Virus record (IMG/VR): IMGVR_UViG_3300045988_113183
Source: a virus
Reading direction: 5' to 3' (one strand)
DNA length: 51,494 bases
The stretch's first letter is position 1; every line of letters begins with the position of its first letter. Below are positions 14,392-23,675 of this stretch, one piece after another. Under the pieces are notes generated by a model. It did not search any database. It saw nothing but the letters and a program-made list of their open reading frames with translations, and was not told where the DNA came from. The position numbers and the translations under genes are program-made.

Positions 14392-15455
14392 TTATTTTGG
14401 CAAAAGACGTTGTTGTCGTCGTGGATATCGACGCAAAGCGGGCTGGCACCGAAAGTCTGGACATCCTGCTCGTGTCTACTGAGGGCGCAAAGGATGTCGC
14501 CACCTACCGTGACCTCGACAAAATCAAAGAGGCTTTCACCGGCAAGAAGGTTGCCGCCATGGCTGACGCTATGTTCACTCAGGGCAAGACGAGCCTTGCT
14601 GATACCCTTATCCGCAAGGTGAAAATCGTCGGCTTTGCCACCCCTGAGAATGCCGCCGGTCTGGTACAGTCCATTGAAGATTTCCGCAAGACCGACGACG
14701 ATTTCTATATCGTCCTGACCGACCAGACCGATGACGAGTATGTCAAGGCTCTGGCCGCGTGGGCCGAAAGCACCGAGCCTACCGAGGCTGAGCTTGGTGC
14801 TGGCGTTGAAGATCACCGCAAGTTCTATTTCGGCGAGACCGAAAACAAGGAGCTGGCCGTTACCAATGCTCGCTGTGCGATTTTCTATACCGACCATTTG
14901 GACGAGCACGCAGATGCCGCCTACGTCGGTAATGTTGGCCCGTTCTACCCCAAATCCGTGACGTGGAAGTTCAAGCGCCCTCAGGGCCTGACTGTTCCCG
15001 TGCTGACGAATGGCGAGCGGGACGCTCTGGAGGAAGCCAACGTGAACTTCCTCACCGTGGAGTACAAGAACGAGTATGTCAAGAACGGTGTCTGCGCCGA
15101 TGGAAACTACATCGACGTTCAGATGGGAGCTGACTACATCGCCAACCTCATGCGTGAGAAGCTGTACGCCATCTTCCTGTCTAACGATAAGGTGAGCTAC
15201 GACGATGCTGGTTTCTCCCTCGTTGGCACTGCCGTGTATGAGACCCTGAACCGGGCCGTTGAGCTGGGCATCATTGCAAAAGACCCTGAAAGCAAGCAGG
15301 GTGTTTTCACTGTTGTGGTTCCTACCCGCAGCGATGCCACCGACGAACAGGCCCGCAACCGCCAGATGCCCGACATCACTTGGGAGGCCCAGCTGGAGGG
15401 CGCTGTCCATGGCGTAAAGACCAAGGGCACCCTGCGGGCCACTCTGAGTGCGTGA
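14388..15455 (+). CDS. Tail sheath protein (short DUF3383-like type)
   Basis: Size and position upstream of the tube gene. Start is GTG 14388 or TTG 14397, after a GAAGGAG RBS. Confidence 0.6.
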   Translation: MIILAKDVVVVVDIDAKRAGTESLDILLVSTEGAKDVATYRDLDKIKEAFTGKKVAAMADAMFTQGKTSLADTLIRKVKIVGFATPENAAGLVQSIEDFRKTDDDFYIVLTDQTDDEYVKALAAWAESTEPTEAELGAGVEDHRKFYFGETENKELAVTNARCAIFYTDHLDEHADAAYVGNVGPFYPKSVTWKFKRPQGLTVPVLTNGERDALEEANVNFLTVEYKNEYVKNGVCADGNYIDVQMGADYIANLMREKLYAIFLSNDKVSYDDAGFSLVGTAVYETLNRAVELGIIAKDPESKQGVFTVVVPTRSDATDEQARNRQMPDITWEAQLEGAVHGVKTKGTLRATLSA

Positions 15456-15474
15456 GAAAGGAGCGTGTAAGTAA

Positions 15475-15891
15475 ATGGCTGCAAGCATTGAAGTTGCTTC
15501 CTACGACCCCAAAAAGGTCAACGTCATCGTGGGTGGCCGCATCATCACCGGCTTTGCTTCTGACGGTGTTGTGACCCTGACCAAGAACGAAGACAGCGTT
15601 ACCCCCAGCGTTGGTGCAAAGGGCGACGTGACCTACTCTGAGAACGCCAACGAGAGCGGTACCGTGGCCGTCACCCTCATGTCTACCTCTTCCAGCCTCT
15701 CTTATCTGCGCGGGCTGGAAGCCCGCCGCCGTGCTGTGAATGTTACCATCAGCGATGTGAACTCCAGCGACGGCTTCGTTATGAGCGAGGGCAATTGCCG
15801 CATTATGAAGATGCCGGACGCTGCCCGCCAGAAAACTGAGGGCAGCGTCACCGTGAACATCTATGTTCCGAGCATGACCGTCCACCAGTAA
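15475..15891 (+). CDS. Tail tube protein (DUF3277-like)
   Basis: 138 aa. YDPKKVNVIVGG ... G ... DG motif. Follows the sheath gene. Confidence 0.65.
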   Translation: MAASIEVASYDPKKVNVIVGGRIITGFASDGVVTLTKNEDSVTPSVGAKGDVTYSENANESGTVAVTLMSTSSSLSYLRGLEARRRAVNVTISDVNSSDGFVMSEGNCRIMKMPDAARQKTEGSVTVNIYVPSMTVHQ

Positions 15892-15960
15892 GCTGCTGTG
15901 CGGTACAATCACTGGCCTGAGAGGCCGAAATCTTTGACGGAAAGAGGTTATAGAAAGTTT

Positions 15961-16230
15961 ATGGCAAAACAGAAGAAAGTGACCGTCGAGGGCGTGGAGT
16001 ACACCCTGCAGAGTGTTTCCCCTTCGTGGTATTTTCAGGTGAACGACGAGTGCGGTATGACCACTGACAACCGCCGTGACACCGCCAAGTATCTGGACAC
16101 TATGTTCAAGAACGTCGTTGTGGCCCCTGTTGAGGTTGGCAAAGACGGCATGACCTACTTCGATGAGAATGAGGACGTGAAGACCCCGGAGAAGCTCATC
16201 AAGGTCATCGAGCGGTTTCTGCGCGAGTGA
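15961..16230 (+). CDS. Tail assembly chaperone
   Basis: Small acidic ORF between the tube and tape-measure genes. Confidence 0.6.
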   Translation: MAKQKKVTVEGVEYTLQSVSPSWYFQVNDECGMTTDNRRDTAKYLDTMFKNVVVAPVEVGKDGMTYFDENEDVKTPEKLIKVIERFLRE

Positions 16231-16231
16231 G

Positions 16232-16405
16232 CTTGACCCACAAAGAGCAAAGCGGGCAGCCCAGAGTCGAAGGGCCATCTGGATGCTCGTTTACTCCGGG
16301 CAGGGCCTGTCCTACTCCGACATCAAGGGCATGGATTTGGCCGAATACCAAGAAGCAATAGAGGCTCGAATCCTCTATAACGAGGAATGGAGCAAAGGGC
16401 GGTAG
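16232..16405 (+). CDS. +1-frame ORF downstream of the chaperone (LDPQRAKRAAQSRRAIWMLVYSGQGLSYSDIKGMDLAEYQEAIEARILYNEEWSKGR): frameshift extension or 41-aa ORF starting at ATG 16283
   Basis: The frame is open from 16181 and the sequence is protein-like. The other alternative (-1) frame reads as Pro/Arg/Cys-rich noise. Confidence 0.4.
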   Translation, partial: LDPQRAKRAAQSRRAIWMLVYSGQGLSYSDIKGMDLAEYQEAIEARILYNEEWSKGR

Positions 16406-16430
16406 GGCGACCTACTGCCCTTGTTTTTTT
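16396..16430 (+). terminator. Strong intrinsic-terminator-like hairpin just upstream of the tape-measure RBS
   Basis: 11-bp stem AGGGCGGTAGG/CCTACTGCCCT with a GCGA tetraloop, followed by TGTTTTTTT. Confidence 0.55.
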
Positions 16431-16451
16431 ACAAGGAGGTGAACGGATTCC

Positions 16452-18941
16452 GTGGCAGATGTCAGAGAGCTTACCTTTGGCCTCGACTATGACCTCGATG
16501 AACCCATCAAGCAGCTCGATGCTGTGGTTGACCGCCTCGAACAGGTCACTTCCAGCGAGGAAGATGCCGCCGATGCTTCCCATGAGGTCGGTGCGCAGCT
16601 TTCTTCTGGTATGGATGCCGCCGAAGCCTCTACCCGAAGGGCCGAAAAGGCCGTTGAGGGAATCGGCACACAGCTTTCCGCTGGGGTGGATGCTGCTGAG
16701 GACTTTGGAAGAGCTGGCGAGAAAATCGGCTCACAGTTCCGAGATATGGGCCGGGAGGCAGACAGCTTCGGCGGCGCTGTAAAAAAATCCATGGGTACAT
16801 CCCTGAAGTCTGGCAAGAGCTTCTGGAGTAGCATCAAGGCTGGGGCGCAGGGCGGTTTCGGATATGCTGAGAAACGGCTTTCCGACTGGCATAAGAAATT
16901 CCAGACAGGGGCCAAATCCATGGTGACGGCCCTATCTCATCCGATTCAGACCATCAAAAACAAGCTGGGCGACGCTTTGTTGTCCAGTGAGAAGAGAACT
17001 GAAGGGCTGGGAAGCCGTGCCGTGGAAGCTGCAAAAAAGCTGCTCGGCATGGGGCGGGATGGAGAAGAGGCCGGTGATAGTATCAAGGAGGCCATGAAAG
17101 GTGCCGTCGGTTCACTCATTGGCTTTGAGGCTATCAAAGGCGTTATCTCCAAACTGAAGGAGCTGGGAGCCGCAGCGCTTGAGGTGGCGAAGGCCGCCGA
17201 GACGACCGAGAAAAAATTCGACGCAGCTTTCTCCGGGACGGATGCTGCTGAGTGGGTAGACAACTTCGCTGATGCCGTCCACCGCAGCAACGCCGAAGTC
17301 CAGAGCTTTATGGTCTCCAACAAGTCTATGTACGGTGAGCTGGGCGTTACTGGACAGGCTGCCGCTGACCTGTCCAAGATTACGACCTCTCTTTCCTACG
17401 ATCTCGGCAACGCCTTCTCTATGGACGATGCTGAGGCGCTGGGAGTGATTCAGGACTACATCAAGGGAAACAATGCCGCTCTGGAAGAGTACGGCGTTCA
17501 CATCGACGATGCCACCCTGAAGGCTTCCGCAATGCAGATGGGCCTCGGCGCTAACGTGGACAGCCTGAACGATGCCGCCAAAGCGCAGGTTCGTCTCAAT
17601 GCCTTGCTGGGCCAGAGTGAAAGCATCCAGAAAGCGGCCATCAACGATACAGACGGCCTGACAAACTCTCAAAAGTCTCTGAATGGCATCATGCAGAACT
17701 TCGCTCTTGAGGCCGGGCAGGAGTTCATGCCGGTGCTGGAGGGCCTGTACGGTACCATCATTGACAACTGGCCCACCATTGAGCCGATGTTGATGGGACT
17801 GGTCGAGACTCTGAGCGATGGCCTGTCCCAAGCCACGCCTGTTCTGCTGGAACTGGGGCAAACTCTAATTCCGATGTTGACGGACGTGGTCGGTACGCTG
17901 CTTCAGGCGGCAACCCCCGTCATCTCGGTTGTGAGTGAGCTAGCAAGCAATTTCCTTCCGCCACTGGTTCTGCTTTTGGGAGATATCGCCGAAACGCTCC
18001 TGCCTCCGGCTGTGCAGCTGTTGGAGAGCATCTCGCCACTGCTCGAATCCCTGAGCCCGGTTCTGTCCTTCATCGGCAATGCCTTGAAGGTGATTTCCGA
18101 GTTCCTCGGTAAGGTCATCGGATGGCTGGCCGACGGCGTTGGCAAGGTGACGAGTTTCTTCAACGGTATCTTTGGTGGAGCCAAGGACAGCAAGAGCGCG
18201 GTCGATGACCTGAGCGGGGCCGTCAACGGGCTGGGAACCGCCACGAGCAAAAAGACCTCCCTCGCTGTGGACACCTCGAAGTACAAGGAGAAGGTTGAGG
18301 GAGCCGCAAGTGCTTCCACCAAGGCGATGAAGAGCAGCAGCAAGCAAGCTCAGACATCCGCTGAGGATAGCTTCAGCGCTATGGGCGCTTCTGCCACCTC
18401 TACCTATTCCAGCATGGAAGCTGCCTCCAAGTCCTCTTGGAAGTCTATGACACTGGAAGCCACGAGCGGGGCGAACAAAATCGTCTCTGAGCTGAACCGT
18501 GTAAAGACGACCGCGGTGTCTGTGTCTGGAGCTGGAACCGTCAGCGCAGCCGGTGCTGCCTCCACTGCCAGGAAAACCGGCACGTCCATCCCGCACCATG
18601 CTGGAGGCACGCCGCACTTCGCCGGCGGCCCGACGTGGATGAATGAGCAGGGCGGTGAGCTGGCCGTCTTGCCAGGCGGTAGTGCCATCATCCCTGCAGA
18701 CCAGACCGAACGGCTCATGCAATCCTATTCCAATTCCATCAGCAACACGAACAACAGCACCAGCAACCGCACCGTTATCACTATGAACCCTGAGTTCAAA
18801 ATCGTGGTTCAGGGCGATGCTGGAAACGAGCAGACGCTTTCCAATCTGGAGGCCCGCCTTCGCTCCATCTTCCGGGAACTGTACCAAGAGGCACAGGAGG
18901 AGGACTACACCAAGCGGGCATTACAGGCTGGATTTGCTTAA
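16452..18941 (+). CDS. Tail tape measure protein
   Basis: 829 aa, Ala/Ser/Gly-rich and helical, with GTG start after an AAGGAGGTG RBS. Position fits. Confidence 0.9.
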   Translation: MADVRELTFGLDYDLDEPIKQLDAVVDRLEQVTSSEEDAADASHEVGAQLSSGMDAAEASTRRAEKAVEGIGTQLSAGVDAAEDFGRAGEKIGSQFRDMGREADSFGGAVKKSMGTSLKSGKSFWSSIKAGAQGGFGYAEKRLSDWHKKFQTGAKSMVTALSHPIQTIKNKLGDALLSSEKRTEGLGSRAVEAAKKLLGMGRDGEEAGDSIKEAMKGAVGSLIGFEAIKGVISKLKELGAAALEVAKAAETTEKKFDAAFSGTDAAEWVDNFADAVHRSNAEVQSFMVSNKSMYGELGVTGQAAADLSKITTSLSYDLGNAFSMDDAEALGVIQDYIKGNNAALEEYGVHIDDATLKASAMQMGLGANVDSLNDAAKAQVRLNALLGQSESIQKAAINDTDGLTNSQKSLNGIMQNFALEAGQEFMPVLEGLYGTIIDNWPTIEPMLMGLVETLSDGLSQATPVLLELGQTLIPMLTDVVGTLLQAATPVISVVSELASNFLPPLVLLLGDIAETLLPPAVQLLESISPLLESLSPVLSFIGNALKVISEFLGKVIGWLADGVGKVTSFFNGIFGGAKDSKSAVDDLSGAVNGLGTATSKKTSLAVDTSKYKEKVEGAASASTKAMKSSSKQAQTSAEDSFSAMGASATSTYSSMEAASKSSWKSMTLEATSGANKIVSELNRVKTTAVSVSGAGTVSAAGAASTARKTGTSIPHHAGGTPHFAGGPTWMNEQGGELAVLPGGSAIIPADQTERLMQSYSNSISNTNNSTSNRTVITMNPEFKIVVQGDAGNEQTLSNLEARLRSIFRELYQEAQEEDYTKRALQAGFA

Positions 18942-18956
18942 AGGAGGCGACCGTAT

Positions 18957-19544
18957 ATGTATACCCTTACAGGACTGAAATGCGGCACCGTCCGCTTTGA
19001 ACCAGCCCTCGGCACTATCGTGAGCGAGAAGGTTATCCGCACCTCCACGGTGACTGACAACCCCATCGAGAACGGAAGCAGCGTGGCAGACCATGTGTTC
19101 CGGCAGCCACGGAACATTCAGCTTCAGGGCGTTGTAGCCGATGGTGAAGCTGCCCTCGACACATTGGACGCTATGTGGAAGAAAGGAGACGTTCTGTCCT
19201 ACACAGGCCGCACCCGTCTGGAAAACCTCGTGATTCAGAACCTTCAGACGAACCACGATGCCAAAAACCGCAACGGCTTTGACTTCACAGCCACCCTCAA
19301 GCAGATCACTTTGGGCAGCTCTGAGGACAGCGGGACGGCAACCACGATGGCCGGGCAGGACGGGGCCAAGACCTCCAAAAGCCACAAAACCGCTGCCACC
19401 AAGGCCGACGGCCTGAAAACCACGGTCAGCACCACCATTTCTTCCAGTGCGTATGCCACCTATGTGAGCTCGTACAACAGAAAACCTGCAAGCAGCTCCG
19501 GGCCGAAGTCCCGGGCAACGCCCAGCAGTTCGGGGAGGCGATGA
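18957..19544 (+). CDS. Baseplate/tail-hub associated protein (XkdP position, no LysM motif seen)
   Basis: DNPIENGSSVADHV ... IQLQGVV resembles the Mu gp43 N-terminal-type motif. Follows the tape-measure gene. Confidence 0.45.
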   Translation: MYTLTGLKCGTVRFEPALGTIVSEKVIRTSTVTDNPIENGSSVADHVFRQPRNIQLQGVVADGEAALDTLDAMWKKGDVLSYTGRTRLENLVIQNLQTNHDAKNRNGFDFTATLKQITLGSSEDSGTATTMAGQDGAKTSKSHKTAATKADGLKTTVSTTISSSAYATYVSSYNRKPASSSGPKSRATPSSSGRR

Positions 19545-19547
19545 TAT

Positions 19548-19901
19548 ATGCAGCTTATCGAGCTTGGAGCTGAGGTTGAGTACATCGACATCGATACCTC
19601 CAAAGTGCCCTATACCTTCTCGGTGAAGCTGACCGACCGCACCTACTCGTTTACCATCCGATATAACGATGTTGGCAAGTTCTTTACTGCTGACCTGAGC
19701 GTTGCATCCACCGGCGAGGTGCTGGCCTATGGCGACCCCATCCGCTATGGACGGCCCCTGTTCAATGCCATCGAAGATGAGCGGTTCCCTCTGCCCGTCA
19801 TCATCCCTCTGTGCCTGAGTGGTGACGACGTGGACGCGGTGACGTGGGACAACTTCGGGAATGAGGTCAAGCTGTACCTGTACGAACGGAGGACGGCATG
19901 A
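19548..19901 (+). CDS. Hypothetical baseplate protein
   Basis: Overlaps the start of the next gene (ATGA). Lies in the baseplate module. Confidence 0.6.
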   Translation: MQLIELGAEVEYIDIDTSKVPYTFSVKLTDRTYSFTIRYNDVGKFFTADLSVASTGEVLAYGDPIRYGRPLFNAIEDERFPLPVIIPLCLSGDDVDAVTWDNFGNEVKLYLYERRTA

Positions 19902-20743
19902 GCTTTTGGCTGAGAGAAGCATCCCTGCAAATCGCCGGTAAAAAGTACAGCATGGATGATTTCTATTTCGAGTTTGAAGTGCCCTTTGAGGACAGTGATA
20001 CCCTGCAGCAAGCCACGTTTTCCATCTACAACCTCGCAGAGAGGACGTGGAAAGCTATCAAGCGGGGCGATGCTGTTATCCTCAATGCCGGTTATGAGGG
20101 CGACGTGGGCGCAATCTTTGTAGGGCAGGTCAGTGCTTGCTCTACCAAGCGGCGGACGGTGGACACCATCACGACGATTTCCGCTACTGCTGCCATGAAA
20201 GAGTGGCTCAACTCCAAGGTCTCCAAGACCTACAAGGAGGGCAGTACAGCGAAGGACATTGTAACAGATCTCTTGAACCTCATGGGGCTGGAGATTGGCG
20301 AGTTCTCTCTGGCCGTTGAGAAGGTCTATGACCGGGGCCTCGTCTGCAATGGCAAGGTGAAGGATATCCTCCAGCGAGTCGTGGTCTCTGACTGCAAGAG
20401 CCGCTTCCTGATTCGCACGGAAAGCGTTGTGATTTCTGACCCGTCCAAGGGCATGTCCAACGGTGTGGAGCTGACCCCGGAAAATGGTCTGTTGCTAAGT
20501 GAGAGCGACTCGGACGAAACGGTTCTGGCTGTCGGTTCTGACACGCAGAAAAGCTCTTCCTCCAAGAGCGAGGACGGCAAGTACGTTACCCGGGAAATGC
20601 TGCTCAACTACCACATCGGCCCTGCCGAACAGGTGCAGGTCAAAGACAAAAAGCTGAACGGCAAGTATATCGTCGTGAAGGGCAAGCACGTTGGCTCCCC
20701 CCGCGGGAACTGGAAAACCACCGTGCAGCTCAAACCACTTTGA
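19898..20743 (+). CDS. Baseplate hub protein (XkdQ / late control D-like)
   Basis: The N-terminal sequence resembles XkdQ/gpD-like proteins. Position fits. Confidence 0.55.
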   Translation: MSFWLREASLQIAGKKYSMDDFYFEFEVPFEDSDTLQQATFSIYNLAERTWKAIKRGDAVILNAGYEGDVGAIFVGQVSACSTKRRTVDTITTISATAAMKEWLNSKVSKTYKEGSTAKDIVTDLLNLMGLEIGEFSLAVEKVYDRGLVCNGKVKDILQRVVVSDCKSRFLIRTESVVISDPSKGMSNGVELTPENGLLLSESDSDETVLAVGSDTQKSSSSKSEDGKYVTREMLLNYHIGPAEQVQVKDKKLNGKYIVVKGKHVGSPRGNWKTTVQLKPL

Positions 20744-20755
20744 GGAGGTGAAAAC

Positions 20756-21424
20756 ATGGGCAGACAAAATGCTCAACAGGCATACCAGCAAGGACAGCAG
20801 CAGGCAGCCGCTGCCGGTATCTGCGTGGCCGATGTTGTTAAGGTGGTATCCTTTGATGCTGACAACATGAAAGTCAACGTACAGCCTCTTACACGGTATC
20901 CTGACGAAGATACATTTCAGGACAAGCCGCAGGTGCTGGGCGTTCCCGTTGCTATGGTCTACGGTGGTGGATTTGTCATTCGGCCTGTCTATAAAGAGGG
21001 CGACGTTGGCGTTGTGGTCTATCTTGACCGCGACAGCGATTCCACCATCTCCGGCGGCGAAGCTGCTGACCCCAACACAGAGCGGCTCCACAGTGGTGAC
21101 GATGCTATTTTTGTTGGCGGAATCTTGACCGGCAAGGGAAAAATCAAGGGCCACCGGGATGGTGCCCTTGACCTTGGGACCGATGACGGCGCTGTGTACG
21201 TGTCCATCGGCAAGGACGATGTAAAAATTAAAGTCGGCAGCTCCGTGAGCATCACGGCCAGCAAGTCCGACATCAAGATCGTTGGAGATGTGAAAATCGA
21301 CGGCAACCTCAGCTTGACAAAGACTGGCACTGCCAACGTCGATTTTGTGGCTGCTGGAAAGAGCCTCAAGGGCCATACTCATACGAGCACATCCCCCGGC
21401 AGCCCGACCACCCCGCCCGTATAA
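20756..21424 (+). CDS. Baseplate spike (gpV/Mu gp45-like)
   Basis: OB-like N-terminus, then a repetitive beta-helix-like C-terminus ending KGHTHTSTSPGSPT. Confidence 0.6.
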   Translation: MGRQNAQQAYQQGQQQAAAAGICVADVVKVVSFDADNMKVNVQPLTRYPDEDTFQDKPQVLGVPVAMVYGGGFVIRPVYKEGDVGVVVYLDRDSDSTISGGEAADPNTERLHSGDDAIFVGGILTGKGKIKGHRDGALDLGTDDGAVYVSIGKDDVKIKVGSSVSITASKSDIKIVGDVKIDGNLSLTKTGTANVDFVAAGKSLKGHTHTSTSPGSPTTPPV

Positions 21425-21434
21425 GGAGGCTGAA

Positions 21435-21809
21435 ATGGAGGACAACTACACCCTTAAAATTGACCCCGACACCCGTGACCTGTGCTTCGACGATGACGGC
21501 ATCATGGAGACGGTGGCTGGGGACACTACGTCGGCCCAAAGCGTCCGCCTGACCCTCTGTGCATGGAAAGGCGAGTTTCCCCTTGTCCCGGCCCACGGCA
21601 CTGACTATTCCCGCATCATGGGCAAGAAGCTGGGCGACCTCGAAGATGACGAAATCCCCGAAGTCATCCGGGAAGCTGTTTTTCAGGAGGGAGCTGTCTC
21701 TGAGGTAAACAGCGTGGAGTACACCATTGATGGCCGCAGCTTGTCCGTAGAGTTCAATGGAAAGTTGACCGACGGAAATAATATCACATCGGAGGTGAGC
21801 ATCGAGTGA
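21435..21809 (+). CDS. Baseplate wedge protein (XkdS/DUF2634, gp25/W-like)
   Basis: 124 aa after a TAAGGAGG RBS. Lies upstream of the baseplate J gene. Confidence 0.6.
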   Translation: MEDNYTLKIDPDTRDLCFDDDGIMETVAGDTTSAQSVRLTLCAWKGEFPLVPAHGTDYSRIMGKKLGDLEDDEIPEVIREAVFQEGAVSEVNSVEYTIDGRSLSVEFNGKLTDGNNITSEVSIE

Positions 21810-22984
21810 ACACCCAAGACTGGGGCGTTACTGAACAGGGCTTTCACTGCCCTACCTACGTCGAGCTGCTGAACGCTCTGGAGTATAAAGCCAGAGAGCT
21901 TTTCGGCTCGAAAGCAAATATGACTGTCAGAAGCCCTCTCGGCTTGTTCCTGCGAATTTTCGCATGGATGCTGAGCATCATCTTCAGCCTCGCTGAAGAT
22001 GTCTACAACAGCCGCTTCATGGACACCGCGGTGGGTGCAAGCCTATATAACCTCGGTAAAGCCATTGGCCTGAGATTGCTTTCTGCACAGAAAGCATCCG
22101 GCTATGTCCAGTTTACTGGAAACCCCGGCACCATTATCCCGACCGGCTTCCTTGTGAAAACTGTTTCCAACCTCCAGTATGCCGTTCTGGAAGGCGGCCA
22201 GATTGGAGATGAGGGCACGGCCCTGCTCCCGGTTCAGGCCGTTTCTGCCGGCCCTGACTACAACGTTTCGGCTGGAGAAATTAAAGAGATTACGAACCCG
22301 CTTGACGGAGTTTCGTCCTGTACGAATCTGGCTGCTGTGGACGGCGGAAGAACCCGCGAGACCGATGAAGAGTATCGAGATCGCTATGAGCAGTCTGTGG
22401 ATTATGCAGGCGGTGTGAATGCTGATGCCATCGCTGGCGAAATCCTGCAGAATGTTGAATCCGTATACTCCGCTATCTGCTACGAGAATTGCGAAGATGT
22501 AACGGACTCGCTCGGACTGCCCCCGCACAGCATTGAGGCCATTGTTTATGGTGGTCTTGACCAAGATGTTGCAAAGGCGGTTTACAGGCGCAAAGGTGCC
22601 GGAATCCAGACCTACGGAAACAAAACTGTTTCTGTGGTCGGGGCCAACGGTCAGACCTTCAACATTAAGTTTTCCCGCCCGACGGCTGTGCCGGTCTATA
22701 TCAAAATCACAGACCTTACAACCTCTTCCGTCTTCCCTGAAGATGGACGAGACCAAATCAAGTCTGCCCTGATTGAGTACATTGGCGGCGATGTCACAGG
22801 CGGCCTGAAGATTGGCACGAATGTCCTGTACATGGCTCTGCCTGGCGTTATTCTTAGCGTTCCCGGCGTGACCGATTTCCACCTGAGTATCAGCCCTGAC
22901 GGCTCTTCTTACAGTCAAGAGAACATCGTCGTCGGTACAAGAGAAAAGGCTGTCACCGATGCCGGAAAGGTGGCGATTTCGTGA
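21806..22984 (+). CDS. Baseplate J-like protein (XkdT)
   Basis: 392 aa. Conserved order and typical J-family sequence features. Confidence 0.7.
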   Translation: MNTQDWGVTEQGFHCPTYVELLNALEYKARELFGSKANMTVRSPLGLFLRIFAWMLSIIFSLAEDVYNSRFMDTAVGASLYNLGKAIGLRLLSAQKASGYVQFTGNPGTIIPTGFLVKTVSNLQYAVLEGGQIGDEGTALLPVQAVSAGPDYNVSAGEIKEITNPLDGVSSCTNLAAVDGGRTRETDEEYRDRYEQSVDYAGGVNADAIAGEILQNVESVYSAICYENCEDVTDSLGLPPHSIEAIVYGGLDQDVAKAVYRRKGAGIQTYGNKTVSVVGANGQTFNIKFSRPTAVPVYIKITDLTTSSVFPEDGRDQIKSALIEYIGGDVTGGLKIGTNVLYMALPGVILSVPGVTDFHLSISPDGSSYSQENIVVGTREKAVTDAGKVAIS

Positions 22985-23664
22985 GCTATGGATATGTCGA
23001 GCAGATGCTGGAGCTGCTGACAAGCGCATACGCCAGAGACGATATCCAGAACGTTCGGCAGGAGCGCCCACCTGTTACCAACATTGGCAAGCTGTTCAGT
23101 GTGCTGGGCTGGGGCCTTGAGCTGACGCATGAAAACCTTGAGCGTATCCGCTCGTGGGATGACCTCGACAACGCTCAGGGGGCTGTGCTTGACCGTTACG
23201 GGAAGAACTTCGGCGTAAAGAGGAACGGCGCAGACGATGCCCTGTACCGCCTTATGATTAAGGTCAAACTCATCTCTATGCTGTCTGGCGGCGATATCGA
23301 CACCGTGATAGAGGCGGCCTCGATGCTGCTGAATGTTGAGCTTTCCGACATCACGCTCAAGGAGAATTTCCCGGCCAAGGTTGTGCTGGAGGTAGACCAG
23401 CGCCTTTTGACGCAGGAGCAGCTCAACCTTATCACCGGCATTACGTCTGCCATCAAGCGTATCTTGACCGGCGGCGTTGGGCTTCGGCTGTACCTGCGGA
23501 CGTACCACCAATACACCGCCGCCCTTCCGATTGCCCACGGCAGCTTTACCGTTTCCCGCCTCTCTGGAACACCGCAGGACAAAACCCGCAGCATTAGGAA
23601 TGCCCATGACAGCACGTCTGGCGTTCTTTTTTATACCCATCTGACGACAAAAAGAATCGAGTAG
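22981..23664 (+). CDS. Tail protein XkdU/gpI-like (DUF2313)
   Basis: N-terminal LLTSAYARDD ... pattern. Follows the baseplate J gene. Confidence 0.6.
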   Translation: MSYGYVEQMLELLTSAYARDDIQNVRQERPPVTNIGKLFSVLGWGLELTHENLERIRSWDDLDNAQGAVLDRYGKNFGVKRNGADDALYRLMIKVKLISMLSGGDIDTVIEAASMLLNVELSDITLKENFPAKVVLEVDQRLLTQEQLNLITGITSAIKRILTGGVGLRLYLRTYHQYTAALPIAHGSFTVSRLSGTPQDKTRSIRNAHDSTSGVLFYTHLTTKRIE

Positions 23665-23675
23665 GAGGTAGCTCA

